In this document: positions 13,225 through 25,519 of the stretch, in pieces
How positions within the stretch are numbered: the stretch's first letter is position 1
Layout of the letters: each line of letters opens with the position of its first letter
NCBI RefSeq assembly: GCF_006345805.1
Contig: NC_043003.1
Coordinates: 116,498,001-116,562,000 of the forward strand
DNA: 64,000 nt
Direction: 5' to 3'
Source: Octopus sinensis
Taxonomy: Eukaryota
Notes under the pieces: model-generated
Told to the model about the DNA's origin: nothing
Database searches by the model: none
Seen by the model: only the letters and a program-made list of their open reading frames with translations
Program-made: the position numbers and the translations under genes

Positions 13225-13515
13225 TAGAAATATGTTACAAAAAGAAAATATAAAATACACGTGGAATTGTAAGGGTAAAATATGAAAAATCAACGAAAAT
13301 GCATATTGCAAATAGAAAAAGGGTATTTATGACAGGTAGTGACAAATATATACCTTTAGATTGACTGAGGTAGTAATACGAGTCATAAAAGTCATTATTA
13401 TGAGATGATAATAAAGTAAGAAGACAAAACGAACCAATGGTTTTTACGTTTTCTATATATATATATATATATTATTATATATATATATATAATATATAAT
13501 ATATATATATATATT

Positions 13516-13554
<39 letters not shown>

Positions 13555-13573
13555 TAGATTGGTTGATAGATAG

Positions 13574-13624
<51 letters not shown>

Positions 13625-13638
13625 TAAATATGCAAAGA

Positions 13639-13773
13639 TAAGATCCACGGATCAAGGTGTAGGAAGTTAGTGACTTTCAAGCAATCTGTAGAAGTTATTA
13701 AAAAATTTTGCTTTTAATATCTACAAATTGCTTGAGGCTCACTAACTACCTAAGCCTTCATCCTTCGATCTTA
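13639..13773. repeat. Imperfect 135-bp palindrome (family also seen at ~42665-42790)
   Basis: TAAGATC…AAGTTAGTGA…CAAGCAAT…TGTAGA pairs with TCTACA…ATTGCTTG…TCACTAACT…GATCTTA; a related left arm TAAGATCCAAGGATCGAGATGTAAGAAG starts at ~42665. Confidence 0.65.
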
Positions 13774-13890
13774 CCTTTACGTATCAATACTCGTTCCTAT
13801 TTTCACGAACGCTAACTGTTTTGGAAAACATAGGAACGAAAGAAATAAAACTAAAATTGCCGCCAAAGGATATCCCTCTAACCAACACAA

Positions 13891-14273
13891 TCTTTATATA
13901 TAAAAATGAGGTTGTGTGCTGTCTGTCTCCTACGATTTAGATTCCTAACTACTCCCACATTTTGCGGTGCAGTTTAACCAAAACCGGGTATCTTATAGTC
14001 GTAATTCATATCGAGCCCTTCTGGGTATTAGCGCGCGTCTACGATGAGTCTACGATCTAAAAAAAAATTACCATCAATTTTTCCCATTTTTAATGCATTT
14101 TTAGCATATATAAGGGAAGTAACTCTCTAAAAATTTATTATTAAATCTCAGAACGTTAAAAGCTACAGTAACCCCCTTTGTGGTTAGCCATACTGAGATG
14201 GCTATTATACTTATATTTTGCTTATATAGTTATTTCCCTTACAAACCCGAGCAACGCCACGCGATACTGCTAG
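13891..14273 (+). mobile_element. Non-autonomous Helitron
   Basis: Starts A|TCTTTATATATAAAAATGAG…CTGTCTGTC and ends CCCGAGCAACGCCACGCGATACTGCTAG|T: 5' TC, subterminal GC hairpin, 3' CTAG, inserted between A and T. Confidence 0.8.
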
Positions 14274-14810
14274 TTGAATATATGAAAATCCTGATTCACA
14301 GTACCCGCGAATTGATCCGACAAATGCGATGTAGAGCCGCCTTCTCTTTCAACAATCCCATCACCAACTCTAAAAACCAATTCAGATTCCCCGAAACGCA
14401 TCCCCTAACTGGAGCTTAGATTCCTAGATAGTTTCGAATAGGATTTCGATCTGGGAAAAATTCACAACCATCTGTGTCAATAAACAACTATTGTTTCTGA
14501 AAGTTGTTTTATAAACAAAAATAGCTCTGGTGGTCCTTTCAAGTCGCTAGAATATTGTATGGGTTCGCTCCCTTGCTTGCAATATTTATCGTGTGCAGAT
14601 TGGAGATGTGTTCTCTTGGGGTTAAAAATGGTATTAATTTCGTTTCGTACGGGGCAACCATGGTGAAGCGGTGACAAACATTACTTAGGATATATTTTAA
14701 AGACTTAGTAATAGAAAAAGAAACTTAATGCATTCACCTCGCTGACGTAGATAGATTAAAGGAATCAAAAGAGAAAGGAAATAAAGGGAAAGAAGAAAGA
14801 GGAAATGTAT

Positions 14811-15225
14811 ACTCTTTACTCTGTTTCTTATTTCAGTCATTTGACTGTGGCCATGCTGGAGCACAGCCTTTAGTCGAGCAAATCGACCCAATGACTTATT
14901 CTTTGTAAGCCTAGTACTTATTCTATTGGTCTATTTTGCCGAACCGCTAATTTACGGCGACGTAATCACACCAGCATCGGTTGTCAAGCGATGTTGGGGG
15001 GACAAACACAGACACACAAACATATGCACACACACACGCATACATATATATATACATATATACGACAGGCTTCTTTCAGTTTCCGACTACCAAATCCACT
15101 CACGAGGCTTTTGTCGGACTGAGGCTATAGTAGAAGACACTTGCCCAAGTTGCCACGCAGTGGGACTGAACCCGGAACCATATGGTTGGGAAGCAAGTTA
15201 CGTACTACACAGCCACTCCTACGCC
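14811..15225 (-). mobile_element. tRNA-derived SINE family A (GGCGCAGGAGTGGCTGTGTGG…, GTAAAAGA tail)
   Basis: Full-length reverse-complement copy of the most abundant ~410-bp repeat, with internal (TA)/(TG) microsatellite. Confidence 0.9.
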
Positions 15226-15326
15226 AATAAATATATAAATATATGTGCTTGTGTATGTAAATACATATGTATTTAGGTGAGTGAGCGCGTGTTGTTTACC
15301 TTCATGTTTACTCACAAATCCTAACA

Positions 15327-15651
15327 GGCGCAGGAGTGGCTGTGTGGTAATTAGCTTGCTAACCAATCACATGGTTCCGGGTTCAGTCCCACTGCGTGGC
15401 ATCTTGGGCAAGTGTCTTCTGCTATAGCCCCGGGACCAATGTCTTGTGAGTGGATTTGGTAGATGAAAACTGAAAGAAGCCTGTCGTGTATATATATATG
15501 TGTGTGTGTTTGTGTGTCTGTGTTTGTCCCCCTAGCATTGCTTGACAACCGATGCTGGTGTGTTTATGTCCCCGTTACTTAGCGGTTCGGCAAAAGAGAC
15601 CGATAGAATAAGTACTGGGCTTACAAAGAATAAGTTCCGGGGTCGATTTGC
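15327..15651 (+). mobile_element. SINE family A, 3'-truncated
   Basis: Head at 15327; similarity stops after GGGGTCGATTTGC. Confidence 0.9.
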
Positions 15652-15788
15652 CCCGTATACACACTTGCCCCTTATTAATAAGTCCTAATTTTTTCAAAAT
15701 TTACTGCGCACTTTAAAACAAAATAAAATATATAAGAAAATTACTATTTTTAAATCTCACAACGAGAGATATTCAGCAACAGTACTTT

Positions 15789-16153
15789 GGCAGTCCTGGT
15801 TTAGGACGAATGTTGCTGTAATTTAGCCCCAGAAGAGATCGTCTCCAACTGGCTGCACGACACGGTCTGTGTCCTTATATTTTCAAACAAGGGAACCTAG
15901 TACCCCCGTTCCTCTCAAAACAGTATCTGTGTATCGCGATTTCCGGGTTAGTTCCCTTCATCAGCACAGAATAATTGTTCGGCTACAAGTGGCGCTGCTA
16001 AATTCCCGTTTGAAATATATAGTTTTCAGTGACAACTAGTCACTGATCTATAAATGAGAAAATATAAGGACACAGATCGTGTCGTATAGCCAGCTGGAGA
16101 CGATGTCTCCTGGGGCTGAATTACAGCAACATTCGTCCTAAACCAGAATTGCC
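15789..16153. mobile_element. 365-bp element with ~95-bp terminal inverted arms enclosing a hammerhead
   Basis: GGCAGTCCTGGTTTAGGACGAATGTTGCTGTAATTTAGCCCC…TTATATTTTC is mirrored by GAAAATATAAGG…GTCCTAAACCAGAATTGCC; no clear TSD. Confidence 0.8.
15927..15969 (-). ncRNA. Minimal type I hammerhead ribozyme (third family)
   Basis: CTGTG-CTGATGA-AGGG-AACTAA-CCCG-GAAATCGCGATA-CACAG: 5-bp stem I, GGG/CCC stem II, palindrome AUCGCGAU, AUA triplet. Confidence 0.7.
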
Positions 16154-16264
16154 ATTTTATGTCGGCAAATAATCTTTACTCCATATATAAATGTGTGTGT
16201 GTGTAAGTGTGTGTGTGTGTGGTGTGTGTGTGTGCGTGAGTGTGTGTGTGTAGAGCCGAAGAAA

Positions 16265-16563
16265 TAAATCCCAAGTATTAATATTTGTAAGCCTAGAACT
16301 TATTATGTCGGTTTGTTCTGCCGAACCGCTTAGCTACGGGGACGTAAACCCCACATCACTGGTTGACGAGCGGCGATGGGGGTCAGATACACACACACAC
16401 ACACACACACACACATATTTGTTTCCATCTACAAAATCTACTTACAAGGCTTAGGTCGTCCCGGGGCCATAGCAGAAGACACTTGCTCAAGGTGCAACGC
16501 AGGGGAACTGAACCCGGAACCACGTGCCTGGGAATCAAGATTCTTACCACACAGCCAATCCTA
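16265..16563 (-). mobile_element. SINE family A, diverged partial copy
   Basis: Recognisable head and body on the minus strand. Confidence 0.8.
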
Positions 16564-18109
16564 TGTGTGTGCTTGTGTGTGTGTGTGTGTGTATACACAT
16601 ACATATACATATACACTGACGGCTTCACCATCCCTAACGTGTAATTCGGTGTGATTCTCTGCGCGCGAGTCTCCTTGAATAATACGATTGTGAACACGTG
16701 TCTAAATAAGTGTCGGCTGTTGTCTAATGAGTCTAACGACAATAAATGTATTTATGTGTGTGCGTGTGTGTGTGTGTGTATTTATGTATGTATGCCTATA
16801 AATGGATATATGTATATATGTATATCTAGGCGTGCAACGCTCTTTGTGCGTATGTCTATGAGTTTTGTTTGCATCCGTATTCACACCCTTTCTTCATCTG
16901 GGACAACCTTTGCCAATTTTCAGCAAGCATTCCGTTCCCATAAGATAATGAGCTAATCTGATGATAATCAATTTCTCAGAAAATGAATTTAAGGACAATT
17001 CAGATGAAGATTTGGGTCACATCATAACGTCTGGCTTTGTAACCCTTAGCCATGTCTTAGTTAAGGCGGTGAAGAAAAAAAATACCCTTAAATCATTGGT
17101 GCATGGAAACACAGCATTAAGATTCGGTAATGAGGTCGGCAGTTGATCCATCCAACGTGAAAACTTTGTGCATTCTCCCAATAAAAGAAAAGAAAAAAAT
17201 GCTATTGAAAAAAACCATGAGAAAATAAAATCAAAATAGACAATAAAAGACCCAGAATAAGCAAAGCAAGGTAAACTTGTGTGTCTGTGTGTCAACGTGT
17301 GTGAGTGTGCTTACATGCATGTATGGCTGTGCGATTGTGTCTATGTGTTCCTATATATGTGTTTGTATGGTGTTGGGAGTCAGCCACATTCAGTTAATTG
17401 TAATTGTGATGGCTTACAAACTCTAGCAGCGACATCTCAACCCCTTCCCCAGAAAAAAGAAAAGGAAAAAGAAAAGAGAAGCCCACCCGCGCCACACACG
17501 GTCTCCACTCGGCCGCCATTATAGACGCTTGTCTAATGACATCGTATATTAATGAACAGGCACGTTGATAGTGTGTGTTTTGCGGTCAGATGGGATTTAA
17601 CCAAATTGATCTGGTCACAAGCGCAGGCTTTTGTTTACTCTTTCACGCTCCAGTGAAAAACTGACCTAAAGGTCAGCCTCATGCGACAATTGGCTGAAGT
17701 ATTAAAATGTGAATTCCTCCCACCTCCGCTAATAAGGAGCATCATCTGGTTTGGGGTAGGGGTATATGTAAGAGGGCGCTTGTGTATGTGTTTATGTGTT
17801 TCTGTGTTTATGTGTGTGCCTGTGTCGTAGAGAGACTGTAGAATATGTATCTGTAAAAATTCAATGTGCTTTGTGTACACTCGTCATTGCAAAAGCACGC
17901 ACAAATACACAAACACACACACAAACACACACGCACACACATACATATTTATGTATATATATATATATACATATGTATATACATACAAAGCCGCACATAT
18001 ACATCCGTATATGGGTGAATGTATGCTGTTTTATATGCATTCATATGTATCCTATTCTATCAATCTCCCTTCCTCCCCCTCTCTCTATATATATATTTGC
18101 GTATATATA

Positions 18110-18277
<168 letters not shown>

Positions 18278-18615
18278 TATATATATATACAGAGAGAGAG
18301 AGAGAGTGAGCGGTATGTATAAGTGTGTACGTTTTTGTTCATATGTCTGTGTATGTTTGGGTGCTAATAATGCTGAGTCTTGGCACAATGCCTGGAGCAG
18401 CTTCTGTTCGGGTGAATTCAGCTGAGAAGCGTCACGTCCCCTTCGTTTACAAACGGACTCAGCCATGAATAATAGCAAAACTTAACAATAATAATATGAA
18501 ATAAATTAAATTGAATAACACAATGGAAAATAAGAATGACCGCTAAATTGAAGTCGATGACGGTGATAGTGTATATTATGACATTGCTGCTGCTATGACA
18601 ATGATGATGATCATA

Positions 18616-18648
<33 letters not shown>

Positions 18649-19060
18649 GTTTTAAATTGGAGCATATGTAGAGAATGCATAACAAAAAGCGCAAGTTTGA
18701 TTGTTAAAAAAAGTCTCAAATATTTAGCCATGCATGAATTGTGCTAACTAACGAAAAAGTGTCCCCGCACAAGGATTAACAACAAAATTATCGATATTGT
18801 AGTTGTTATATTTATTATTTTCAGAAGCGTTACCGTGCCGGACAAAATGCCTGACGGCATTTCGTTCGGGTTTACATTATAACTTCAAATCCCGCCAAGG
18901 TCGATTTGCCTTTGTTTCAGGTTTGATAAGATAATGTCCAAGTGAACAATAAGGTTGATGTACTTGACTAAGCCTACGTCACCGACATTGCTAGCCTTGA
19001 GCCAAAATATGAAACAAAATGTTATTTTGAGTTGCCACGCTTTTTCATTTATTATTATTA

Positions 19061-19114
<54 letters not shown>

Positions 19115-19445
19115 CATCATCATCATTATTATTATTATTACTATTTTTATTATTATTGTTATTATCATCGTCAACATCATCATCATCGACATGGTCATCG
19201 CCATCTTCGTCGTCGTCGTCACCATCATCATTATATCCATCGCTATTATTATCATCAGCATCACCTCTACATAATATTCCTGATGCCATTTGTCTACCTT
19301 TTTTTTATATATTCACAATACAATAATATATCTGGTACCTTAAAAATGGAATTGAAACAAAAGGGTGAAAATAAACAATAAAAAAATAGGAAGATTCTAT
19401 ATACATATACATATACATATTCATATATACATATATATATATGTG

Positions 19446-19502
<57 letters not shown>

Positions 19503-19567
19503 ATATATACATATATATGTGTATATGAATATATATATACATATATATATATTCATATTAATGTATC

Positions 19568-19599
<32 letters not shown>

Positions 19600-19748
19600 A
19601 CTATATATGTGTATATATATATACATATATTTATGTATATGTGTGTATATATATATATATGAATATATGTATATATATATTCATATACATATATATATAT
19701 ATACATATACATATATATGTATGTATGTATATATGTGTGTGTGTGTAC

Positions 19749-19813
<65 letters not shown>

Positions 19814-20144
19814 CTATATAAATATTATAAAATATATAGTGTGCAGCCATTAATGCAAACCCTTAAAAGAAGAAAACAAAAGCCAGCGCTGAAAGAATTG
19901 GGAAGAAAATCGTGTTTAACTTTTTAAAGTTACGTACAGTTCACAATGAGGTGAAATTTGGTGACTTTCCAACAATGACAGAATATAATGGTATAATGGA
20001 ATAAAAGCATTTATTGTTTTGTTTCCATTTTTTTTTTCGATATATGTCAGACATTCTGTATTGTTTGTGTTTGTGCGTGTTTTATATGTGTGCGTGTGAG
20101 AGACTGTGTTTAGGGGTGTAGATGTTCGTTTTCCAATGTCAAAT

Positions 20145-20182
<38 letters not shown>

Positions 20183-20859
20183 AACAAAACTAAAAGATAC
20201 AGAATTAATCTACAAAAATGGTATTGGTTAATAATGATGATATTAATGGTGGTGGTAATAGAAAAGAAAAAAAGAGAAGAAGACGAACAAGAAGAAGAAG
20301 AAGAAGAAGAAGAAGAAGAAGAAGAAGAAGAAGAAGAAGAAGAGAAGAAGAAGAACAACAACAACAACAACAACAACAACAGAACAACAGCAACAATAAC
20401 AAAATGCGATGACAACAACCAGAAGAGTATACACAAAAGCTAAAATGGTTGCATAGTGGTTGGCGAAAGACGTTCAATACCAAATAAGAGAATTTACAAC
20501 GCCTAGAATTCTCTGTTGCCATTTCTATTCATATCCATCTTAGATTTACCAAAAAATGTCGATTATCATTTAGCTATGGCTTTGGGCACGACAAAGCTAC
20601 TGTAGCGAAGACTTCAATAATGATAGTGCCTTTGTCATGGACGAAGAAAACAAATGATAAACAGAATGATAACGATCTTCACAAGAATTATAACGAAGTG
20701 AATTTGAAAAATCGTATTTACTTATGACGATGATGATGTTGATTATGTTGACGATTTTGCTCAGATGGCATGCATACATAAAGGGGGAGCCTTGAATTTT
20801 TTTCTTCATAACTTCCCAAAAAAATTGGTTACTTTTCAATGAAATCTTCTAAAAAAAAA

Positions 20860-21267
20860 CGCAGGAGTGGCTGTGTTGTAAGTAGCTTGTTTACCAACCA
20901 CATGGTTCCGAGTTCAGTCCCACTGCGTGACACCTTGGGCAAGTGTCTCCTACTATAGCCTCGGGCCGACCAAAGCCTTGTGAGTGGATTTGGTAGACGG
21001 AAACTGAAAGAAGCCCGTCGTATATATGTATATATATATATGCGTGTGTGTGTTTGTGCGTCTGTGTTTGTCCCCGTAGCATTGCTTGACAACCGATGCT
21101 GGTGTGTTTATGTCCCCGTTACTTAGCGGTTCGGCAAAAGAGACCGATAGAATAAGTAGTGGGCTTACAAAAGAATAAGTTCCGGGGTCGAGTTGCTCGA
21201 TTAAAAGCAGTGCTCCAGCATGGCCGCAGTCAAATGACTGAAACAAGTAAAAGAGTAAAAGAGAGAG
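20860..21267 (+). mobile_element. SINE family A
   Basis: Full-length copy; its 3' half and downstream flank are duplicated at ~25310-25753. Confidence 0.9.
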
Positions 21268-21503
21268 TATAGGTTCATTATCATCCAAACTGCCAAGTAG
21301 GCATTAAAATTGCATTGTGCCCTCCAATCTTTTTTGTGATTTTTCGTGATGCCTTTGCAGCTTTGACAATAAAGCATAAAGCTCTACCCCTGGTATTCGA
21401 GTACTATTTTTTTTCTCACCGTGTTTTACATTTATGTGCTTACTCTGGTACATACATACATGCAAAAATACTCTGTTGATGTTGTCGAAATTCTAGTGAA
21501 GAA

Positions 21504-21953
21504 TTATATGCATATATATATACATATATGTACGTACCTACCTCTACATGTATATATACACGCATATATGGGTACAGGACACCAAAAAAACGTCGAACAC
21601 AATGAGAAACGAAAACATAAACACAAAACCAAAGAACTGGACATTTTTCTTAAACAACAAAAAAATAGAGTACAGGACAAATAACACACGGAAAATTCCC
21701 CTTCTTCAGTCGCCACGGTTTCATCTACTCTGCGTTTCGAAGGTGAAGGCGATACGCATCTTCGATAGAAACTTTCCTCCCTGCGAAAAGCAAATCAAAT
21801 AAAATTTGAGATCTCTTTTGCAGAGGGGTAAAAATGGTAACAAAAACAGGACAGTAACGACAGTACAAAATATAAACAGTAAAAGACAGGACAAGGAGAA
21901 TAACAAGACAAGAAGGGCTGTTAAGCCGAACGAAAAAAAGTATTACGAACGCT
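21504..21953 (-). mobile_element. Penelope-like repeat fragment ending in (TA)n
   Basis: 21504-21732 repeats at 22331-22558; a related copy lies at ~42309-42580. Minus strand carries CTGAAGA/CTGATGA and a decayed …GAAGATG…CGAAACGC…GAGTAG motif. The family assignment is an inference. Confidence 0.5.
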
Positions 21954-22330
21954 ATTTTTGGGGACGGCGAAGGAGCAAAGAAAATGCCGTCCACACTTCA
22001 AGGAAGTCAGGCCAGAAAGACAGTGGCAAAGCTCTCGTTGCAGGTTAACGGCGGGAGGGAGGAGTAGGAGTAAGAGAAAGGGAGAGAAAAAAGGGAATGG
22101 TTGTGAGGAAACCAGAAAGAATGAAGAATGAGAGAGGGGGAGAGAGAGAGTGAAGAATAAGAGAGAGGGAGAGACAGTAAAGTAGAAGAAAAGGAAATCA
22201 GAAAGAAAGAAGGTTGAGAAAGGGAGGAGACACAAAGGTCAAGAGTGCGCATCGTTATTAATATCAAGAACAATCTTACTTAGAAATGGATGCGTGCGTT
22301 CCGTCATATAATATATTAATAAATAAAACA

Positions 22331-22649
22331 TATGCATATATATACATACATATATGTACGTACCTACCTCTACATGTATATATACACGCATATATGGGTA
22401 CAGGACACCAAAAAGACGTCGAACACAATGTGAACCGAAAACATAAACACAAAACCAAGGAACTGGACATTTTTCTTAAACAACAAAAAAATAGAGAACA
22501 GGACAAATAACACAAGGCAAATTCCCCTTCTTCAGTCGCCATGGTTTCATCTACTCTGAGCGTTCGTAATCCTTTTTTTCGTTCGGCTTAACAACCCTTC
22601 TTGTCTTTTCATTCTCCTTGTCCTGTCTTTTACTGTTTATGTTTTGTAC
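22331..22649 (-). mobile_element. Second copy of the same repeat with a 5' inversion
   Basis: 22331-22558 is direct to 21504-21732; 22559-22649 is the reverse complement of 21863-21953. Confidence 0.75.
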
Positions 22650-23266
22650 ACATATATACAAACTGAAACTAGATATTTCGAAAGAAAATTGTGGTGGAGG
22701 AAGAGGGAAAGGGAGAAAAGGGGAGGACGAAGGGAAGGAGGGAAAGTTGAAGACAGTGAAGAAAAGAAAAGGATAAGAATGATGGTTGTGATAATTAGCG
22801 ACATAAATTCTGTAAGAAAACCCATTTAGTATCCTCGACAGAGTTTTATAATACAGAGAGGATGACATGCACCTCACCACCCCTACACGTACAAGTGGAC
22901 AATCCAGGCTGCAGGAGACATCGACTCTGAAACAACAAAGCTTGTGTACATATTGTGATTATGAGAAACGAGGTTACCGGCGAAAAGATCCCTAATTTGT
23001 CATTTATTTCCATGTAAGCGGCTGTGTTTAATTGGTGGAGATGATTGGAAAAGGGACCTGGAAATAGCCATTGGAAATTTTGAGAAAATTATTTTGTGTA
23101 GCTGTGTGGTAAACAGTTTCCTTCCCAAACACATGGTCTCGGGTTTAGTACCATTGCATGGCACCTTCGGCATGCAATGGTATTTCTACTATAGCCTCGG
23201 GTAGACCAAAGCCTTGCGAGTGGATTTGGTAAACAGAAACTGAGAGAAGCGTTTCGCTTACATATA

Positions 23267-23348
<82 letters not shown>

Positions 23349-23356
23349 TATATATA

Positions 23357-23393
23357 GGCACAGGAGTGGTTGTGTGGTAAGTAGCTTGCTTAC
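23357..23393 (+). mobile_element. Isolated SINE family A head, interrupted
   Basis: GGCACAGGAGTGGTTGTGTGGTAAGTAGCTTGCTTAC is followed abruptly by unrelated ACTTCCGGTT sequence. Another partial head-body copy lies at ~23097-23258. Confidence 0.8.
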
Positions 23394-24440
23394 TTCCGGT
23401 TACCCAGAATGCAACACTAGTTGGTCTGGACTGTTACAGTGAGAAGATGTGAGTTTCGGTTCCGTGAGTAGAAAAAAAGAAGAAACAGAAAATTGTCAAT
23501 TATGGCTCGCTATTGCGAGCAAAATACTGGGTTCTCATCACCGTAACGGTGAATTGAGAATTTTTGCTTGAAAATTAATTTTGTAAATTCTAGTGGGCGT
23601 ATCTCGCCAGAAAAAGTACAATTTTTTCGAATAAGCCATTTGGATTGCCTTTTTGGATTATCTTTTTGGAGTATTATACAAAGGATCCCCTATCTGTGCT
23701 ATTTGTGAGGTTTTTCTTTTACTTTTCCCTTCTTCTATTTTTTCTTTCTTTCTAAATTTTGGTTCATTCTTTTCATTACTTTAATTTCAGTTTCCTCCCC
23801 TCCTCTTTTATTTTGTTTTATTTTTTATTCGGTTTAATTTTTTGGCAGATTGTCTTTTGAACTACTTTTGAAATGTTTTTTGATATGGCAGAGAAGGAAC
23901 TTAAAAAGAAAAACTTTGTCTTAGAGTGGGAAATTAACTCGCCTAAGCAGTGGTTAAAAGATATGGAGGAGAAGTCGGTGGTGCTTAGAACTTATTCTAA
24001 AGTTCTTAATTCCATCACCGTCTTCCCAAAACAAAGTTATAGAAAACGAACTTAAAGACCATTTGTCCACTTTAAAATATATATCTCGCGGTGTCAAACA
24101 TGCAACCGTATGGTTGCTGTTTGACAACGGGGAAAAGGCTCGCCAGTTTGCGAGTCAGCCTTTAGAAGGCAAGGAAATCCTGTTCCTTACGTCATATTAT
24201 GGGAGAAAATTAATACGAGCCTGGGTATGTGGGTTGCCCCCAGGCACCGAAGCGGATTGGATTGAAGATACCATCCGACGGGGACTGGGGGATGGCGGGC
24301 CCAGGCTCTTAAATGTAAGGGTATTGCCGGCGGTCGATTGGGAAGGGTCAAAAGCGATTATAATATCGTAATCGGAGGCATTGATGAAATTAGCGTCGTT
24401 TTCGTCACTTAAGGAACAAATCAACTCTTGCATAAACAAA
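23392..24440 (+). mobile_element. Putative LINE 5' UTR plus decayed ORF1 (L1/Tx1-like)
   Basis: Begins ACTTCCGGT. ATG at 23885 opens a frameshifted ORF: MAEKELKKKNFVLEWEINSPKQW…/…LKYISRGVKHATVWLLFDNGEKARQFASQPLEGKEILFLTSYYGRKLIRAWVCGLPPGTEADWIEDTI…, with RRM-like character. No ORF2 follows; the clade is inferred. Confidence 0.5.
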
Positions 24441-24600
24441 CCGATGTGAATTTATTGTTGAGTTTATTGTTACTTTTGTTTCTGATATTCTGAGGTTAAC
24501 GCTTATGATCACCATTCTGTTGTGGTTAGGATGGATTTTATAAAACAAATTGTGAAGAGGTAACGTGTATTGGAGTAAAGATTTTTTGCTAACATAACAT

Positions 24601-24796
24601 GGCAGTCCTAGTTTAGGACGAATGTTGCAGTAATCTAGCCCCCGGAGACATCGTCTCTAGTTTGCTATACGACACGATCTGTGTCCTTATATTTTCGATC
24701 AAAGGAATCTAGCACTCGAGCTCAGCTCAAAACAGTATCTGTGTCTCGCGATTTCAGGGTTATTTCTCTTCATCAGTACAGCATAATTGTTCGGCT
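24601..24796 (-). mobile_element. One-armed copy of the 15789-16153 element with a mutated hammerhead (24739-24781)
   Basis: Matches 15789-~15985. Hammerhead CTGTA-CTGATGA-AGAG-AAATAA-CCCT-GAAATCGCGAGA-CACAG has U16.1 changed to G. Confidence 0.8.
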
Positions 24797-24840
24797 GGAA
24801 TAATTGTAACGTGTATTGTTTCAATATTATATTAAGGATT

Positions 24841-25050
24841 AGGGCGGCAAGCCGGCAGAACCATTAACACGCCGGGCAAAATGCTCAGCTGCATTTCCTC
24901 CGCCTGTACGTTCTGAGACCAAATTCTGCCGAGGTCGACTTTGCATTTCGTGATCGATAAAATAAGTACCTGTTGAACACTGCCGTCGAGCAAATTGACT
25001 TACTTTTCTCTCCTGAAATATCTGGCATCGTACCAAAATATAAAAGACAA
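24841..25050 (+). mobile_element. SINE family B, diverged
   Basis: GGCGGCAAGCCGGCAGAACC…GAGGTCGACTTTGC…AAATAAGTACC. Other decayed B pieces lie at ~12296-12358, ~18828-19010 and ~45755-45896. Confidence 0.75.
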
Positions 25051-25066
25051 ATTTATATTAAGGATA

Positions 25067-25241
25067 GGCGCAGGAGTGGCTGTGTGGTAAGTAGCTTGTT
25101 TACCAACCATATGGTTTCGGGTGCAGTCCCACTGCGTGGCACCTTAGGTAAGTGTCTTCTACTATAGCATCGGGCCGACCAAAGCCTTGTGAGTGGATTT
25201 GGTAGACGGAAACTGAAAGAAGCCCTTCGTATATATGTATG

Positions 25242-25307
<66 letters not shown>

Positions 25308-25519
25308 GCGTGTGTGTGTTTGTCCCCCTAACATTTCTTGAAAACCGATGCTGGTGTGTTTATGTCCCCGTTACTTAGCGGTTCGGCAAAAGAGACCGAT
25401 AGAATAAGTAGTGGGCTTACAAAAGAATAAGTCCCGGGGTCGAGTTGCTCGATTAAAGGTGGTGCTCCAGCATGGCCGCAGTCAAATGACTGAAACAAGT
25501 AAAAGAGTAAAAGAGAGAG
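25067..25519 (+). mobile_element. SINE family A
   Basis: Full-length copy with an expanded internal (TA)n. Confidence 0.9.

Noticed and set aside
16961-17146. 61-aa ORF MIINFSENEFKDNSDEDLG…
   Set aside because: No recognisable motif and only weak splice signals; unsupported without expression data.
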